From Anthoceros angustus (lineage: Eukaryota; Plantae; Anthocerotophyta): a stretch of 64,000 nt of DNA. The notes under the pieces were generated by a model. The model was given only the letters and a program-made list of their open reading frames with translations. It was not told the origin of the DNA and ran no database searches. A program made the position numbers and the translations under genes. The stretch is taken from the NCBI GenBank assembly GCA_010909165.1, contig VJWM01000182.1:124001-188000 (forward strand). Reading direction: 5' to 3'. Of this stretch, positions 35,901 through 49,239 are shown in pieces. The stretch's first letter is position 1. The number at the start of each line of letters is the position of its first letter.

Positions 35901-38241
35901 TGAGCTGCTTCCCCCTGCAACAATGTTTTAGACCAAAACAGACATTACCCTTACCAACACCACTTGACTGTTCTACAGGTCTCACTGAAAAAGAAGAGGA
36001 AAATGAATCCTTGCTTCTTCCTCCAGGAGGAAGCCTGCTTGTCTGAGGCAAAGCATCCAACCTTGGGCCGTTTGGCCAGAGCGTCCGGAGTCCAGGTTGC
36101 CGGTCCTGAGCATACCGAGTTCCTAATGAGGCCGGTTCTCACAGCAGGGGGAGACACACAGATGCAAACGACATTGACAACAGGCTAGCGAGGCTTGGTC
36201 GTTAAGTCTGTTTTTGATCTACAACCGTACCAGCAAATGCAGATGTGGGATCACGGAATTGTTTCTGAGATCAGGTCGTAAAAGGGTTGCAGAATCAACT
36301 GTGCATGTCATGTTGTAACAAGATAACTGCACATGGAGGTGCCCACGGTTATCAGAGAACAACCTGTGGGTGAGAACCTGACGGACATGGTCCAAGGGCA
36401 AGGCAGAACTAAGCTGATGTGTTGGCTGTTACATGCCAGCTGTAGAAACCCTCGCAGGGAGTGATCAGATGGCAACCAACCTTCCTGCCATGCTTAGGGT
36501 GAAAAGCGTTCAGTCCTTTGCATCCCTCGCAAAAAGACAGACAAAAACCTGCCACTATGTCCTTCATGGGTCGCTGTTCGTAAAACATACCTCCGGCAGG
36601 TCAAGGCTTCCCCAAGATTCGCACAAAAGCCTGCAATTTGTCTTCCTTCCCAGACCCCTCGTGGCTCGTGCCCTAAGCCTTGGAAACGCAGAGAGAAGCG
36701 GGACGGCCTCCCGCGCAAGTTGCAGCAGCCACGTCACGGAAGTCACACAGTGAAGTTGGGCCTGCAACTGCATCCACACGTCTGACATTGGCCGGGCCTA
36801 TTCCTGCTCTCCGTCTCTGTTCCACCCTGCTCCACTTGCCTTCCGCTTCGTCGCACTTGCACATATTGCACCGACGCTAGTGCTGGCCCTGCCACCACCA
36901 TTCGCCGGTTGTTACCTGTTATAGCCAGCCTGGTGCCAGTGTCCGCTGCCAAAGGTTAATGACCGTGGGTTGCGCGCGGCTACGACGCGCACTTTTGATT
37001 GTTTCTTAGCTCGCCGCACACGGGAGCCCCTCCAGGGACGGTCGTCACTGGAATCGCTGCACTCATTAAAAGCACGTCCAAACATACAGTACCATTCTAC
37101 AAACGTTTTTTCGTTATCAAACGGACGCAGCCAGCTTTTCGAGAGCTCTATTCGCCCTTGCTCCTTTCAGCAACGTACACATATGGGGGACGGCCAGCGG
37201 GGACGGACTGGCGTTGATGAGAACAAAAGCAACCCGCCGTCTCATCCAACTGCGAGTTTGAGCTTCGTTATAAGTTCACCTCCGCGCTGTACATATGTGC
37301 ACCAATGTGTAATTTTTTTTGTTTTTTAGAAACTCTGGGTTCATAAATATAACAAAAAGTACAAGCCCGGCACGGGGATACAAGAAGAGCAAAGGTGGCC
37401 AAGGTGGCCAAGTCTGGCCCTAACGAGCATGTGTAAGTGGCACGGGGTTGCAGTACATATATGTAGCGTGCTTCCACATCATGGCCAGGCATATGTGAGA
37501 CGTAGCTAGCTTACATGTTATCACAAGGTCGGTAATGTTTCTATCCTGATTTAAGGCAGAAAAATATGACATAACATAGCTAGGTTATATGCCTGTAAAA
37601 GTGTTAGTCGTTACAGTGGCAACATCTGGGTGTTAGGTGTATTCAAAAAAATATTGGCTTGCTTAACTATGCAGGAACTAAGCAGGGGGAAAAGGAGGGA
37701 GGGAAACAATAGTCTAGCGTTTGGACATGGCAAAAAAGGAATTATGGGCAGTAGACATGGTGTTGGCCACGCAAGACAGGGGAGAGTCCCCAGACCCAAG
37801 AGAGGGGCATGTGACTCGAATCAATGTTGCAGGTAAGGGGTTGTCATTGAATGAGCTTGGCGAGCACTGCTGATCCATGTCCCATATGAACGCATTTCTA
37901 GTTCATGTGAAGGGAGGACGAGGAACAAGCATGAGAAGAGTGAGAAGAACACGAAGCAGAAGAGGGAGAATCGAAAGCAGGGTGTGGATAGCAGAAAGCG
38001 GAAGAGGGAAAAGCGGAAAGAATGCAAGGGAGTAGGGTCTAAGGAGTTATCGTGAGAACCATGCTTTTTGTGAACTCTTTGATCTTTATCTACACTGGAG
38101 CCGCGAGAGTCTAACAATTTTGTAGTATTTTGTTTATTTTATGTTCTTTATAATCATCATTACTTCTCTACAATCATAATCATTGTCGAACATGCTTGTG
38201 TGTGTCTGCCCCACCCAGTTATCCCAGCTTGTGAAGAAATT

Positions 38242-39415
38242 CACTACTAGGAAGAGGGGTGTTTTACAAAACCCCTTTTGCAAATGTCCCAATCTTTACA
38301 ACGTCTAAAAACCTCCGTTGTAAATTAGTTTAAGTTTCGCTGATGTGGCAAGTTTTAAGACTCGGTTTCCAACTGGGGTTTCTAGTTGGATGATGTAGCA
38401 CTCATTTGGGTGCGCATTTGCAACAACGATTGATGACGTGGCTCCCACATTGTAGATTACGTTGTAAAAGCCTTTTTTTCAAAATTTGATCTTCATTTTT
38501 CTAAAAATATTTATTAATATCACTAATCACAAAAAAATGATTGGAAGCCATTTACAACAGCATGCGATGACGTGGCTCCCTTGTTGTAGATTACGTTGTA
38601 AAGCCTTTTTCTCAAAATTTGTTCTTTATTTCTTCAAAACTCTTTATTATTATTATTAATCACAAAATTATGATTGAAGGCCATTTACAACGGCGATTGA
38701 TGATGTGGCTCACTTGTTGTAGATTACATTGTAAAATATTTTTCTTCAAAATGTGAGGCGGGGAGGGGTATTTTAAATTTGGTGGGGGTTAATTTGTGGA
38801 GGCATGATGAACGCGTCCATTCAAGAGTACGGAGGCGTGCCACTTGGCAGCTCGCACTCCATTAGTCCTAGCCCTTACCGGGCTTGTAACGGCGTTATAG
38901 CAGCGTTGTAAAATACGTTGTAAACGACGTTAAACGACGTAAATGAGGTTGTAAATGAGGTTGTAAATGAGGCAGCGACATTGTAAGCGACGTTGTAACG
39001 ACGCAACGACGCAAACGACGTTATACGAGCGTTGTAAACGACGTTGTAAACGACGTTGTAAACGACGTTGTAAACGACGTTGTAAACGACGTTGTAAACG
39101 ATATTGTAATTAAAGTTATACTCTAGGTTGTAAAGTAAGGGTGTATGAAGGTTGTAAATGAGGTTGTAACGTGTAATGTAAAATACGTTGTAAATGGCGT
39201 TGTAAACCGGCTACCCAGACACCTTACCCGTCCGGTTAGCTGATGTGGCGGCCACGTCAGCAACTTGATGACGTGGCAATCTTACTTGCGACGTCAGCAA
39301 TTTTACAACCTAATTAAGCTGTCAGTTTACAAACGTGTAAATGCTCGTTTTTATAACGTGAGGTTGTAAATTACGTTGTAAAATGCATTGTAAAACACCT
39401 GCGATTCTTGTAGTG
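38242..39415. mobile_element. Non-autonomous CACTA (En/Spm) element, 1174 bp
   Basis: Left end CACTACTAGGAAGAGGGGTGTTTTACAA; right end reverse complement CACTACAAGAATCGCAGGTGTTTTACAA. Subterminal 12-bp TTGTAAACGACG tandem array at about 38900-39200, plus an internal about 130-bp repeat. Flanking 3-mers (ATT and AAA) do not match. Confidence 0.85.
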
Positions 39416-39519
39416 AAACACTCCCAACACAAGTTGACGGTGAGCACTGAGTAGGCCTCCTTCTCTTGGTGTGGGAGCTGCACGGGAGGAGCACCAGGTG
39501 TAGCCAATCGAAATTGCGA

Positions 39520-40128
39520 TCAGCTCAAGCCTGCAGCAACAGAGGGTGCAAGTATGCATTGGTGGTCACATCCCATATCTGGCTGCGCAAAGCGGTTTTG
39601 TGCAGTCGTCAAATTCAAAACACCTTCGCTGATCAATTGAGCATCTCCGCTTGCGCAATGCGGTTTTGTGTAGGCGCCAATCATCAGAACACCTTTGCTG
39701 ATTGTATGAATCCCTGCACCTTCGCTGATCAATTGAGCATCTCCGCTTGCGCAAAGCGATTTTGTGTAGGCGCCAGTCATCAGAACACCTTTGCTGTTCG
39801 TATGAATCCCTGCACCTTCACTGATCGTCCGAGTGCCTGCACCTTCCAATGTCTTAGCATTTGCACCTTTATTGACTGCATGAGCACCTACATCTTCATG
39901 TGTTTGAGCGGGGTAATCACTCTCATTAAAACAGTCCCTGTGTTTTATGTCTACATTTGTGTTATAGATAAAAGTGCTGGTGGTAGCACCTGTTGAAGGT
40001 TCACCACCTGCGGAACCACCTCCTCCAACTCCAGAACTACCAGCTCCTAACATATCGCGGGGTGGTTGTGCTTGAAAAATAGAGGTTCGACAAGGATCAC
40101 GGGGTAATCTATGTGGAGGAGACCACAT
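39520..40128 (-). other. Unassigned ORF with an in-frame 96-bp (32-aa) internal repeat
   Basis: CACCTTCGCTGATC at 39621 and 39717. The minus frame stays open over 202 codons (..SEGAGIHT.SKGVLM.GAYTK..CASGDAQLISEG..). No family recognised. Confidence 0.25.
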
Positions 40129-41209
40129 TCATGGGAGGACTCATACTACTTGCCCTATCTTCAACTGTATTAAAATGGACTAGAGTATTTAGGGTTCTTC
40201 CCCAAATATACTAGCTATTGACCCTAGGACATGCTCTACAGGTTCTGGGGTCAACATGCAACCAAAAACAAGGTCAGAACATGAGACATCTAATCTCTTA
40301 GGTGTGTCAGGTCTATTGGTGAGAAAAAGCTCAAATTTTTGCGGGAGTTGTTGCAATTTTTTATCTAAAATACCTAATTGCTTGTTCAAGCAGATTAGAT
40401 CCTTCTTATAGCTGACCATTACATCATGTACATGATTTTCTAGAAGTGATATTCTGAATTTAAGGCTCTAATTGCAATGAGATTGGGATCTGGATGTGAT
40501 ATAGGTTGAGGTGAAATGGCAGGGTGACAACATAAAGGTTGAAGCTGACCTACACGTGCATGTTGTTGATAATGACAATAGGTTTGTCAGTGATAATAGC
40601 TAGAGGTTGGAGGTGTGCAGCCCTTCATCTCAAATTTTGTTGGGCTCATTTTCTGCATGCATACTGCATGGCTTCCAGCTATAAAGAGTGGCATATGGTT
40701 TTTAATGTAGACATTGAAATACAATAATACATACATGGTACGATCACTACGTCCCAATTCAAATAATTGTGACACATAAATTTTATGACCCATATATCGT
40801 ATACAAGATGAAAAAATATGAAAAATGTCAGGTACTTTGTAAGGTGGAATTCATTGCATTCATACAGTTTCCAAATAGAAACTTTCTCTATAGATACTAA
40901 AGAGATACCACAAAAAGTTCCATTGTTGTTTCACGCAAGTTTTCTAGACCTTCCATAACGTTTGTATGTAGAGAAAGCAAAACTACTATACACCTTGAAC
41001 AATGTAACTATATGGAAAGGTTACGCTTATAATGCACTTTAAGTCAATTTTATATATAGGTGTATATATAGATATATATAAGTTTGCTAAAAATTTCATG
41101 AAAATCTATACAAACAGTGCAGAAATTGCAAATTTTTCTCAAGTGTTTATAAGTTTAACTGAATACAAATGATTCAAGAAACTCATATGTTGCTAACTTA
41201 GATCCACTT

Positions 41210-41345
41210 GAGAGTGGTCTTCCTTTGCGGGAGTGGTCTTCCTTGAAGAAACAATTGCTAGTGGTCTTCCTTATGTGGAGAGTGGTCTTCCTTGAAGAAA
41301 CAATTGCTAGTGGTCTTCCTTGCTGTGGAGAGTGGTCTTCCTTGT
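41210..41345. repeat. Short tandem repeats built on GAGTGGTCTTCCTT
   Basis: About 6 copies of the motif with a 48-bp higher-order repeat. Confidence 0.75.
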
Positions 41346-41961
41346 GGTGCTCCTTCCTGTGGAGTGTGGTGTTCCTTCCTGTGTAGAACCCATCTTGGGA
41401 GTGGTTTGCTAAGGCGGTGCTCTCTTCGCTCGCGTATATATATATTCAATCTTGATGTATGTGAGCCCCACTATATTCAAACATCATATATCCATCACAA
41501 AGCTTCTATGCTATGTCATCGAGGGCAATGATCTTGGCTAGGGCTCCTCTATCCTCAAGATGTTGTAGGCATCCTTCTGTCCGTATATTGCGTTTTCCCT
41601 ACTTGGTTCGTGCATCTTAATTTCTTCATTACTTTATAGAAGCCTTATATATCAAGGGAGCATATGAACTTATTATTTAAAGACCGGAGCCATGATGCTG
41701 TGTTGACGAGAACTAGGGTTTCAATCTAGAAGGCATAGAACCTTTTGAGGATAAAGTGAAGATCGACAAGGCATGGTACATCTTGGGTAACTAGCTCTTA
41801 AGCTATATGAAAATGAGCCAATGATTGGGAAGATATTTCCACATTCGAATCGAGGTGAAGATAAGGGAAGTTATCCAATTACAAGCTCATTATATTGGCG
41901 CTTTGAGTGCAGTTACGCAGCTTACATGTGCAGAGTTAATCTTATATATTGGCTACTTGGA

Positions 41962-42205
41962 GGCTAGGCCCTAGATGTTGCAAGTGTTATGCCAGGTGTT
42001 GCTTGAATGCTAGGCCCTAGATGTTGCGGTTGAGTGTTATGCCCTAGGTGTTGCCGATGCTAGGCCCTAGATGTTGCGTTCGTTATGCCCTAGATGTTGC
42101 TGCTAGGCCCTGAGTGTTATGCCCTAGGTGTGCTAGGCCCTAGATGTTGCGATTGAGTGTTATGCCCTATGTATGCTTAAACATTGACTGTGTTATGCCC
42201 TAGGT
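41962..42205. repeat. Minisatellite of GCTAGGCCCTAGATGTTGC / GAGTGTTATGCCCTAGGTGTT modules
   Basis: About 5-6 degenerate units immediately 5' of the CRE-like element. Confidence 0.8.
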
Positions 42206-42249
42206 GTTGCTTGAGATGGTGATTGATTGATGGTTGATTGATGGTTCTT

Positions 42250-45200
42250 GATTGTGTGATTGTTGTGAGCTCTATTACATGTTCGTGAGTCCATTTTCAT
42301 CTGCTGTCGCTTATCCGCTGGCTGGGCTTCTTTCCGCCATGGGGATCTCCCGCCCGCTTTTGGGTGCCGAAAGGTGGGCGTTAGTTTGGTGGTTGGCGGT
42401 GGTCCTGGGTTGCACCCCTCTTCTGGGGCCCTTTGGCCGGCCTTTTGGGGTTCGCCATACGGAGCTCAAACTCAGATGTCCGTCCAGTGGGTCATTTGCC
42501 CTCGGTCCCCTGACTCTTCGCCTCACCCTTCAATCGGCTATGTGCCCTTTTCGCCCCCATCCAATGGGGCGATCCACACCCTCCGGATCGCTGGGACACT
42601 CCTTGTCCGGCTCTCAACTCATCACCAAGGGGTGAAAACTCACCCTGCACATGCATAAAGATTTCACCACTACCTGGCTGCCCAAGTGCACGCCGCGACC
42701 TCCTCCACGTCCGCCGCCGCCCGGCGCATGAGCTTTCTCCTTGTGGTGCCTCTTTCTTCCCGGGAATGGTTGAGTCACCGGATCACATCCTTGGGATGTT
42801 CAAACCCGCCCATGTCCGCATCTTCCGCAGCTTTCTGACCTTCACGATGATGCCCGCGGCATTTCGCCTTCCCTAGATCGCCTTGCACTCGATCCCTGGA
42901 TGAGTTAGCTTGGTGCCTCCTCCTTCTTCTCCCCGATGGTGTCTTGGTGCACTAGGGGGGGCCGGCACCGTGAAGTTGCTAGCGCCTCGCGCGCCGGGCC
43001 GGGCGATCGGCTCTTCAGAGGAGGTCAGGCCGCCAAGTCCCGGCGAATCGCCATAGCTTGGAACAGTACCGTAATGCAACAAACCTGGCCACGTAAGTTG
43101 CTTGGCCAAAGGGTGAATATGCTCACTGCTAGGGCTCTTCGACCCGCCTCCGCCTCCGCTCAAGAGACAATTGCCGCCTCCGTGCCTCCATCCGCCACCT
43201 AAGGATGCCATTCTACATATCCGACTATGTCCTGTGAGGATCCCTTCTCCTCGACCGGCGGCTTTTGCTCGCTCCACAACCCTCGCCTTTCATCTCACGG
43301 CTTTTGGGTCTTGAGTTCTGGTGGGCGTTAGTTTGGTGGTTGGCGGTGGTCACATGGGTTGCACCCCTCTTGGTGGGGCCCTTTGGCGGCCTTTTGGGGT
43401 TCGCCACAGACTCAAACTCTGTATGGGTCCGGTGGGGTCATTTGCCCTCGGTCCCGGTACCTCTTGACCTGTACCCTTCAAGCTGGCGTTTGCAGGCCCT
43501 TTGTCCCCATCCAATGGGGCGATCCACACCCTCCGTGTTGTCGAGGACACTCCTTGTCGATCATGCTCAACTCTCTGCGGTCAAGGGGTGAAAACTCACC
43601 TCGGGCACATGCATAAAGATTTCGACCAAACAGGCTGCCCAAGTGCAGCTGCGACCTCCTCCACGTCCCGCCCGGCGCATGAGCTTTCTCCTTGTGGTGC
43701 CTCTTTCTTCACAGGAATGGTTGCGGTCGGTGGATCACATCCTTGGGATGTTGAAACCCGCTTTCCATGTCCGCGCATCTTCCATGAGCTTCCTCGGCAC
43801 CTTCACGATGATGCCGTCGGCATTTCGTCTTCCCTAGATCGCCTTTTCGATCCGGGATGAGTTAGCTTGGTGCCTCCTCCTTCTTCTCCCCGATGGTGTC
43901 TTGATTGCACTAGGGGGGCTTAGCGTGAAGTTGCTAGCCGTCTTGACGTTTTGGCGGCTCTTGAGAGGAGGCATGCGTCTTTGCCAAGTCCGGCGGAATC
44001 TGCTCGGCCGTTGGAGCAGTCGGGTAATGCAACAAACCTCGCGCAAGTTGCTTGGCAGGGTGGTGAATATGCCGTTGCTAGGGCTCTTGACCCGTCCCTG
44101 GCCTCCGCTTGAAGAGACAATTGCGCCTCCGTGCCTCCATCCGCCACCTAAGGATGCCATTCCCGGACATATCCGACTATGTCCCGGAGGATCCCTTCTC
44201 CTGGACGGCGGCTTTTGCTCACTCTCTCCACAACCCCTCGTCTTTCATCTGCGGTTTGTCGGGAATGGTGTTCGAACACCTTAGGGACCTCTTTCTCCTC
44301 AAGATCCATCTAGCGGCTTTCGAGCTCTTTCTCCGGGTCATGGCTCGTGGAGAGATGCCTCACCGGATTTCACTTTGCAGCCTAGTAGGCTTGTCGCTAT
44401 GGACAAGCCTCCTGCTCGGCGCCCACTGGGGTTGGGAGGCCTTCATGCGGCTACTCACCGCACTATCGCCTCGCAGTTGCCGCCCTTCTCCAAGAAGACT
44501 TCAACCCCTTCAATTTGGCATTACACTGGGGCCGCGAGTCAGGTGCTAGGGGTGAAAGCTTGCCTTGATACCCACCCGGATTGGGTAGTCTTACGGTGGA
44601 TGTCGAGAACGCCTTCAATACCATTCCCGAGGCCATCTTTGAGGAGCTTAGGGATGTCAAGGCCCTAGGGAGTCTTATACCTTTGTCCGGTGTTCTACGG
44701 AGGTCCTCCAACCTCTACTACCAAAGACAAGAACGCTCTGTGTTCGCTGCCTGCCTTGAATCCATGTGTACTGTGCAAGGCGACCCGCTAGGCGGTGCTC
44801 TTCGCTATTGCTCACTATAGGGCCTGCCTAGGCCGCCTCCGCCGCTGACCGTGTCTTCCCTTCGCTATGCACGATTCTCACATCCTGCCCGGGGACAAAG
44901 TCAAGGAGGCCTTTGAGATATTCTCTTCCGAGCTACAGGGCTTGAAGGTCAAGATGTCCAAGTGCGGCTCAGTCCTGGGATCCCGCCACTGCAGCTTCTG
45001 GGAGATTGCTCCTTTGGTCTCATGGATTCTTGGGGTCCCCTTGGTTCCCGACTTCATTGGGAGCTTCCCGGACATATCCGACTATGTCCCAGAGGATCCC
45101 TTCTCCCTGGACCGGGCGGCTTTTGCTCTGGCTCTCTCCACAACCCCTCGTCTTTCATCTGCCGGTTTGTCGGGAATGGTGTTCGAACACCTTAGGGACC

Positions 45201-48200
45201 TCTTTCTCCCCGAAGATCCATCTAGCGGCTTTCCAGAGCTCTTTTCTCTGGCTGCTGCGGTGGCTCGTGGAGAGATGCCTCACCGGATTTCAGCTGTTCT
45301 TGCAGCTAGTAGGCTTGTCGCTATGGACAAGCCTGCCCCTGGCTCGGGCGTGCGCCCACTCGCGGTTGGGGAGGCCTTCATGCGGCTACTCAGCCGCACT
45401 ATCGCCCTGCAGTGCCGCTCCCTTCTCCAGCAGCACTTCAACCCCCTTCAATTTGGCATTGCCACTCCGGGGGGCTGCAGTGCATGGTGCTAGGGGTGAA
45501 AGCTTGCCTTGATACCCACCCGGATTGGGTAGTCTTACGGTGGATGTCGAGAACGCCTTCAATACCATTTCCGGTCATCTTTGAGGAGCTTAGGGATCTT
45601 TGGCGTCCTAGAGTCTTATACCCTTTGTCCGGTGCTTCTCGGGAGGTCCTCCAACCTCTACTACCGGCACAACGTCTCTTGAGTTTGCCGTCTCGTCTTG
45701 GAATCGGCCACGGTACGGCAAGGCGACCCGCTGGCGGTGCTCTCTTCGCTATTGCTCACTATAGGGCCCTGTCTGGGGCCGCCCTCTCAGCCTTGTGTCT
45801 TCCCTTGTTGGGGCATTCTCACATCCTCGGGCACAGGGACAAAGTCAAGGAGGCCTTTGAGATATTCTCTTAGAGCTTTCGTTGGTGGGCTTGAAGGTCA
45901 AGATGTCCAAGTGCCGCGTCTGGTCCCCGTCGGGGATCCTGCCTACTCTGCAGTTTCCTGCTGGGGAGATTGCTCCGGCTCTTGATGCGCAGTTCTTGGG
46001 GTCCCCTTTGGTTCCCACTTCATTGGGAGCTTCTGGACAAGGCCCTTGCAGAGGACCTCTCCCATATTGGGACCTCCTTTGCCGGAGGATGCCTGTGTGG
46101 CCTTTGGAATCCTTTCCTTCTGCTTTGCTAGGCGCCTGGTACCTCATCCAGACGCCTCCGCCTCCGGCCTTTTGTCCCGGCCCGGGTTTGATACAAGATT
46201 ATGGATACTCTTGGGGACATCTTGGGCCTGGGGCTTTTGAGTGCCTGCCCCTGCCCACTGCAAGCATCCTGCGCAATTTGGAGGCGAGGACCGCTCTCAT
46301 CGAGGTCTCTTCCGGCGCTTTCTTGGGAGTTGGGCCCTCTCTTGCCTTGGCTTCCTGCTTCATCCTCCATGACAAGCCCTTTCTCGAGGATCTCGTATCA
46401 AGTGTGGAGGAGGGAACCTTCTCTCCAATCGCCCTGAGGGCAGACATGTTATCGCAGATGCTCTAAGGACTTCCTCCTTTCTACATTTATCATCGATGGC
46501 TTTAGGGATTGTGCATCTCGCCGAGAAGCCGCCAGCTTTTCACTGGCCTCCAGACCCTCCATCTCTGTGTCCACTAGAGCGCGCCCGCCTTTTGTTCGGA
46601 AGGGAGCGTTGGCCACCGCCCGCCCATGCATACGGGATTTCACATCGCACCAACCACCTTCACTATCGCGATGCGATTCCGCCTGGCCTACTCCACCGGG
46701 TGGCTTGCCTTGATACCCACCCGGATTGGGTAGTCTTACGGTGGATGTCGAGCGCCTTCAATACCATTTCCGGGCGTCATCTTTGAGGAGCTTAGGGATC
46801 TTTGGCGTCCTAGTCTTATACCCTTTGTCCGGTGCTTCTGAGGTCCTCCAACCTCTACTACCGGCCTGAACGTCTCTTGAGTTTGCCGTCTCGTCTTGGA
46901 ATCGGCCACACCGAGGCGACAGCTGTGCTCTCTTCGCTATTGCTCACTATAGGGCCCTGTCTGGGGCCGCCCTCTCCAGTGTGTGTCTTCCCTTCGTTGG
47001 CGGGGCATTCTCACATCCTCGGGCACAGGGACAAAGTCAAGGAGGCCTTTGAGATATTCTCTTAGAGCTTTCGTTGGTGGGCTTGAAGGTCAAGATGTCC
47101 AAGTGCAGCGTCTCGGTCCCCGTCGGGGATCCACGCCTACTGCGGTTTCTGCTGGGAGATTGCTCCGGCTCTTGATGCAGTTCTTGGGGTCCCCTTTGGT
47201 TCCCCGACTTCATTGGGAGCTTCTGGACAAGGCCCTTGAGGAGGACCTCTCCCATATTGAAGACCTCCTTTCTTTGGAGGATGCTCGGGTGGCCTTTGGA
47301 ATCCTTTCCTTACATTTTGCTAGGCACAGGTACCTCATCTCTGCCTCAGTCTCGGTCCTTTTGTCCGGCTCGGGGTTTGATCTGAAGATTATGGATACTC
47401 TTGGGGACATCTTGGGCTCGGGGCTTTTGAGTGCCACAGGGCGTCTGGCAGGCAAGCATCCACTGTGCAATTTGGGCGTGGGGCTGCTCTCATCGAGGTC
47501 TCTTCCGGCTTTCTTGGGAGTTGGGCCCTCTCTTGCCTTGGCTTCCGTTTCATCCTCCATGACAAGCCCTTTCTCGAGGATCTCGTATCAAGTGTGGAGG
47601 AGGGAACCTTCTCTCTCAATCGTCCTTGAGGCGGGCCGGAGACATGTTATCGGCGGATGCTCGGAAGGACTTCCCTCCTTTCTCTACATTTATCAGATGG
47701 CTTTAGGGATTGCGGCATCTACGCTCAGCGGCTCGGCCGAGCTTTTGATCATCCTCAGGACCCTCCATCTCGAGGTCCACTAGGCGCGGCTCGCTCTTGT
47801 TACAGGAAGGGCGGTGCTTGCTGGCCCGCCCATGCATACGGGATTTCACGCCGCGCAACCACCTTCACTCTGCGATGCGATTCCGTCTCGGCCTACTCCG
47901 GCTGTGGCTTCTTCGCCTCACTTGTGAGTGCGGCTCGCTTGACGCCTCGTGTCCACCTTGCTCGTTGTCCCCACGGGTCATCGATTGCCACCACGACGCC
48001 ATCCGTGACGCCATGTTTGCCATTGCTCGCGAAAGTGGCTATATGGCCCGGAGGGAGCGGGAGTATACTCTTCTGTGTCTCAATCGTATGACTTATACCT
48101 TGTCCGTGGCGACTGTGTTGTGGTGGCGATGTGGTGGTTACCGACCGACGTGACGCCACCTCCGCCAGTCATCACCAACAGCCAGTCACCGCCGCCGGCC

Positions 48201-48610
48201 TCAAGGTCCGCAAGTAGCAGGATGCAAGCGGCCACCTCTTTATCCCGCTTGCTCTAGAAACGATGGAAGTAATGGAGGACTTTGACAAATTCATCAAGTC
48301 TTGTGCCAAAGCTTACCATGCGCAAGCATATAGTGTGTGGTATCTCTCAGATTACAAAGATACTCCGATGGTTTCTATTGCTCTTCAACGGGCGCCTCAA
48401 CGGCGATTCTCCATAAGGACGGTGGTGATGCCTTTTCCTCTTCCTCCGTGGTTTGCGTGCCGCTTATTCTACGCATATGACATTGTGGGTGCAGTTGGTC
48501 ACTTTAGGTAGGGAGCTCAGTTGCTCCTCTTCACTCCGACCCCCGGGTCCCCATTTGTTGTCCCCTCCTAGATGGTCTCTTTCCATCGTTCTTTCATCTC
48601 AATAAATCAT
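42250..48610 (+). mobile_element. CRE-clade-like non-LTR retrotransposon (N-terminal C2H2, RT, CCHC, restriction-like endonuclease) with nested tandem duplications
   Basis: C2H2 CRSCSTLCGQGVKTHLGHMH (43555). RT LAASRLVAMDKPAPGSGVRPLAVGEAFMRL...PLQFGIATPGGC, D.ENAFN.I, RQGDPLGGALFAIAH. CECG..D...HL..C plus HDAIRDAMFAIARESG (about 47930-48040). RLE tail K.RK*..HLFIPLALET (48200-48263) and VSIALQRA. AATAAA at 48601. Confidence 0.8.
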
Positions 48611-49239
48611 CCATGATTCAAGAAATATAAATTTATTTTAGAAAAAAAATACATAATTGAGGTGAATCCTTTATACACCTTTGTATGCATAATGTACATT
48701 GATAATCAATAAAGCAGTTTTATGGACTTCCATATGACTATGACTTTTATGTAGAATTGGTGCAAATACCCTACATCTTGTAGTATATTAACATGCGAAA
48801 AGTTTATCCTAACAATAAGGACATCCCATATTCATCTCGAAGACATATGTACAATCTAAGTATACATGATGTTTTATTTCTGATGAGATATTTTTATATT
48901 AATTTTATATAAAATATAAATAATATAATATAAAATCTATTTTCTTAATATAAAATCTATAAAATAATAATTAAACTATTTATGAATTATTATGTATTAA
49001 TTTATACATAAAAAATTACATACAAAGATGAGATAATATTAATTATTAGATGTTCATATACCTACTAGATATTATTGAATATAATAATATTTAAAATATA
49101 TTTGTATTGATGTTTTCAAAACCAATGTGAACCACTCAATGGGTATTTCCAAACTAGTTGTTTCTCTAGAAAAGGACAAATTACCACTAAGTTCTAGTAC
49201 TCATCACTACTACAATGCGTATTTCCAAGATTGCTACTT

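Noticed and set aside
33250-37450. Candidate TIRs for the pogo-like element (GTATCCCGGTAC near 33250 and CGGGGATAC near 37375)
   Set aside because: The match is short and imperfect and lacks TA target duplications on both sides.
38900-39200. CRISPR-like appearance of regular repeats (also 22690-22950 and 49240-49830)
   Set aside because: These are contiguous tandem repeats without unique spacers, in a eukaryotic context with no cas genes.
41962-42205. Interstitial telomeric repeat
   Set aside because: CCCTAG occurs inside 40-bp modules, not as (CCCTAAA)n or another short-period array.
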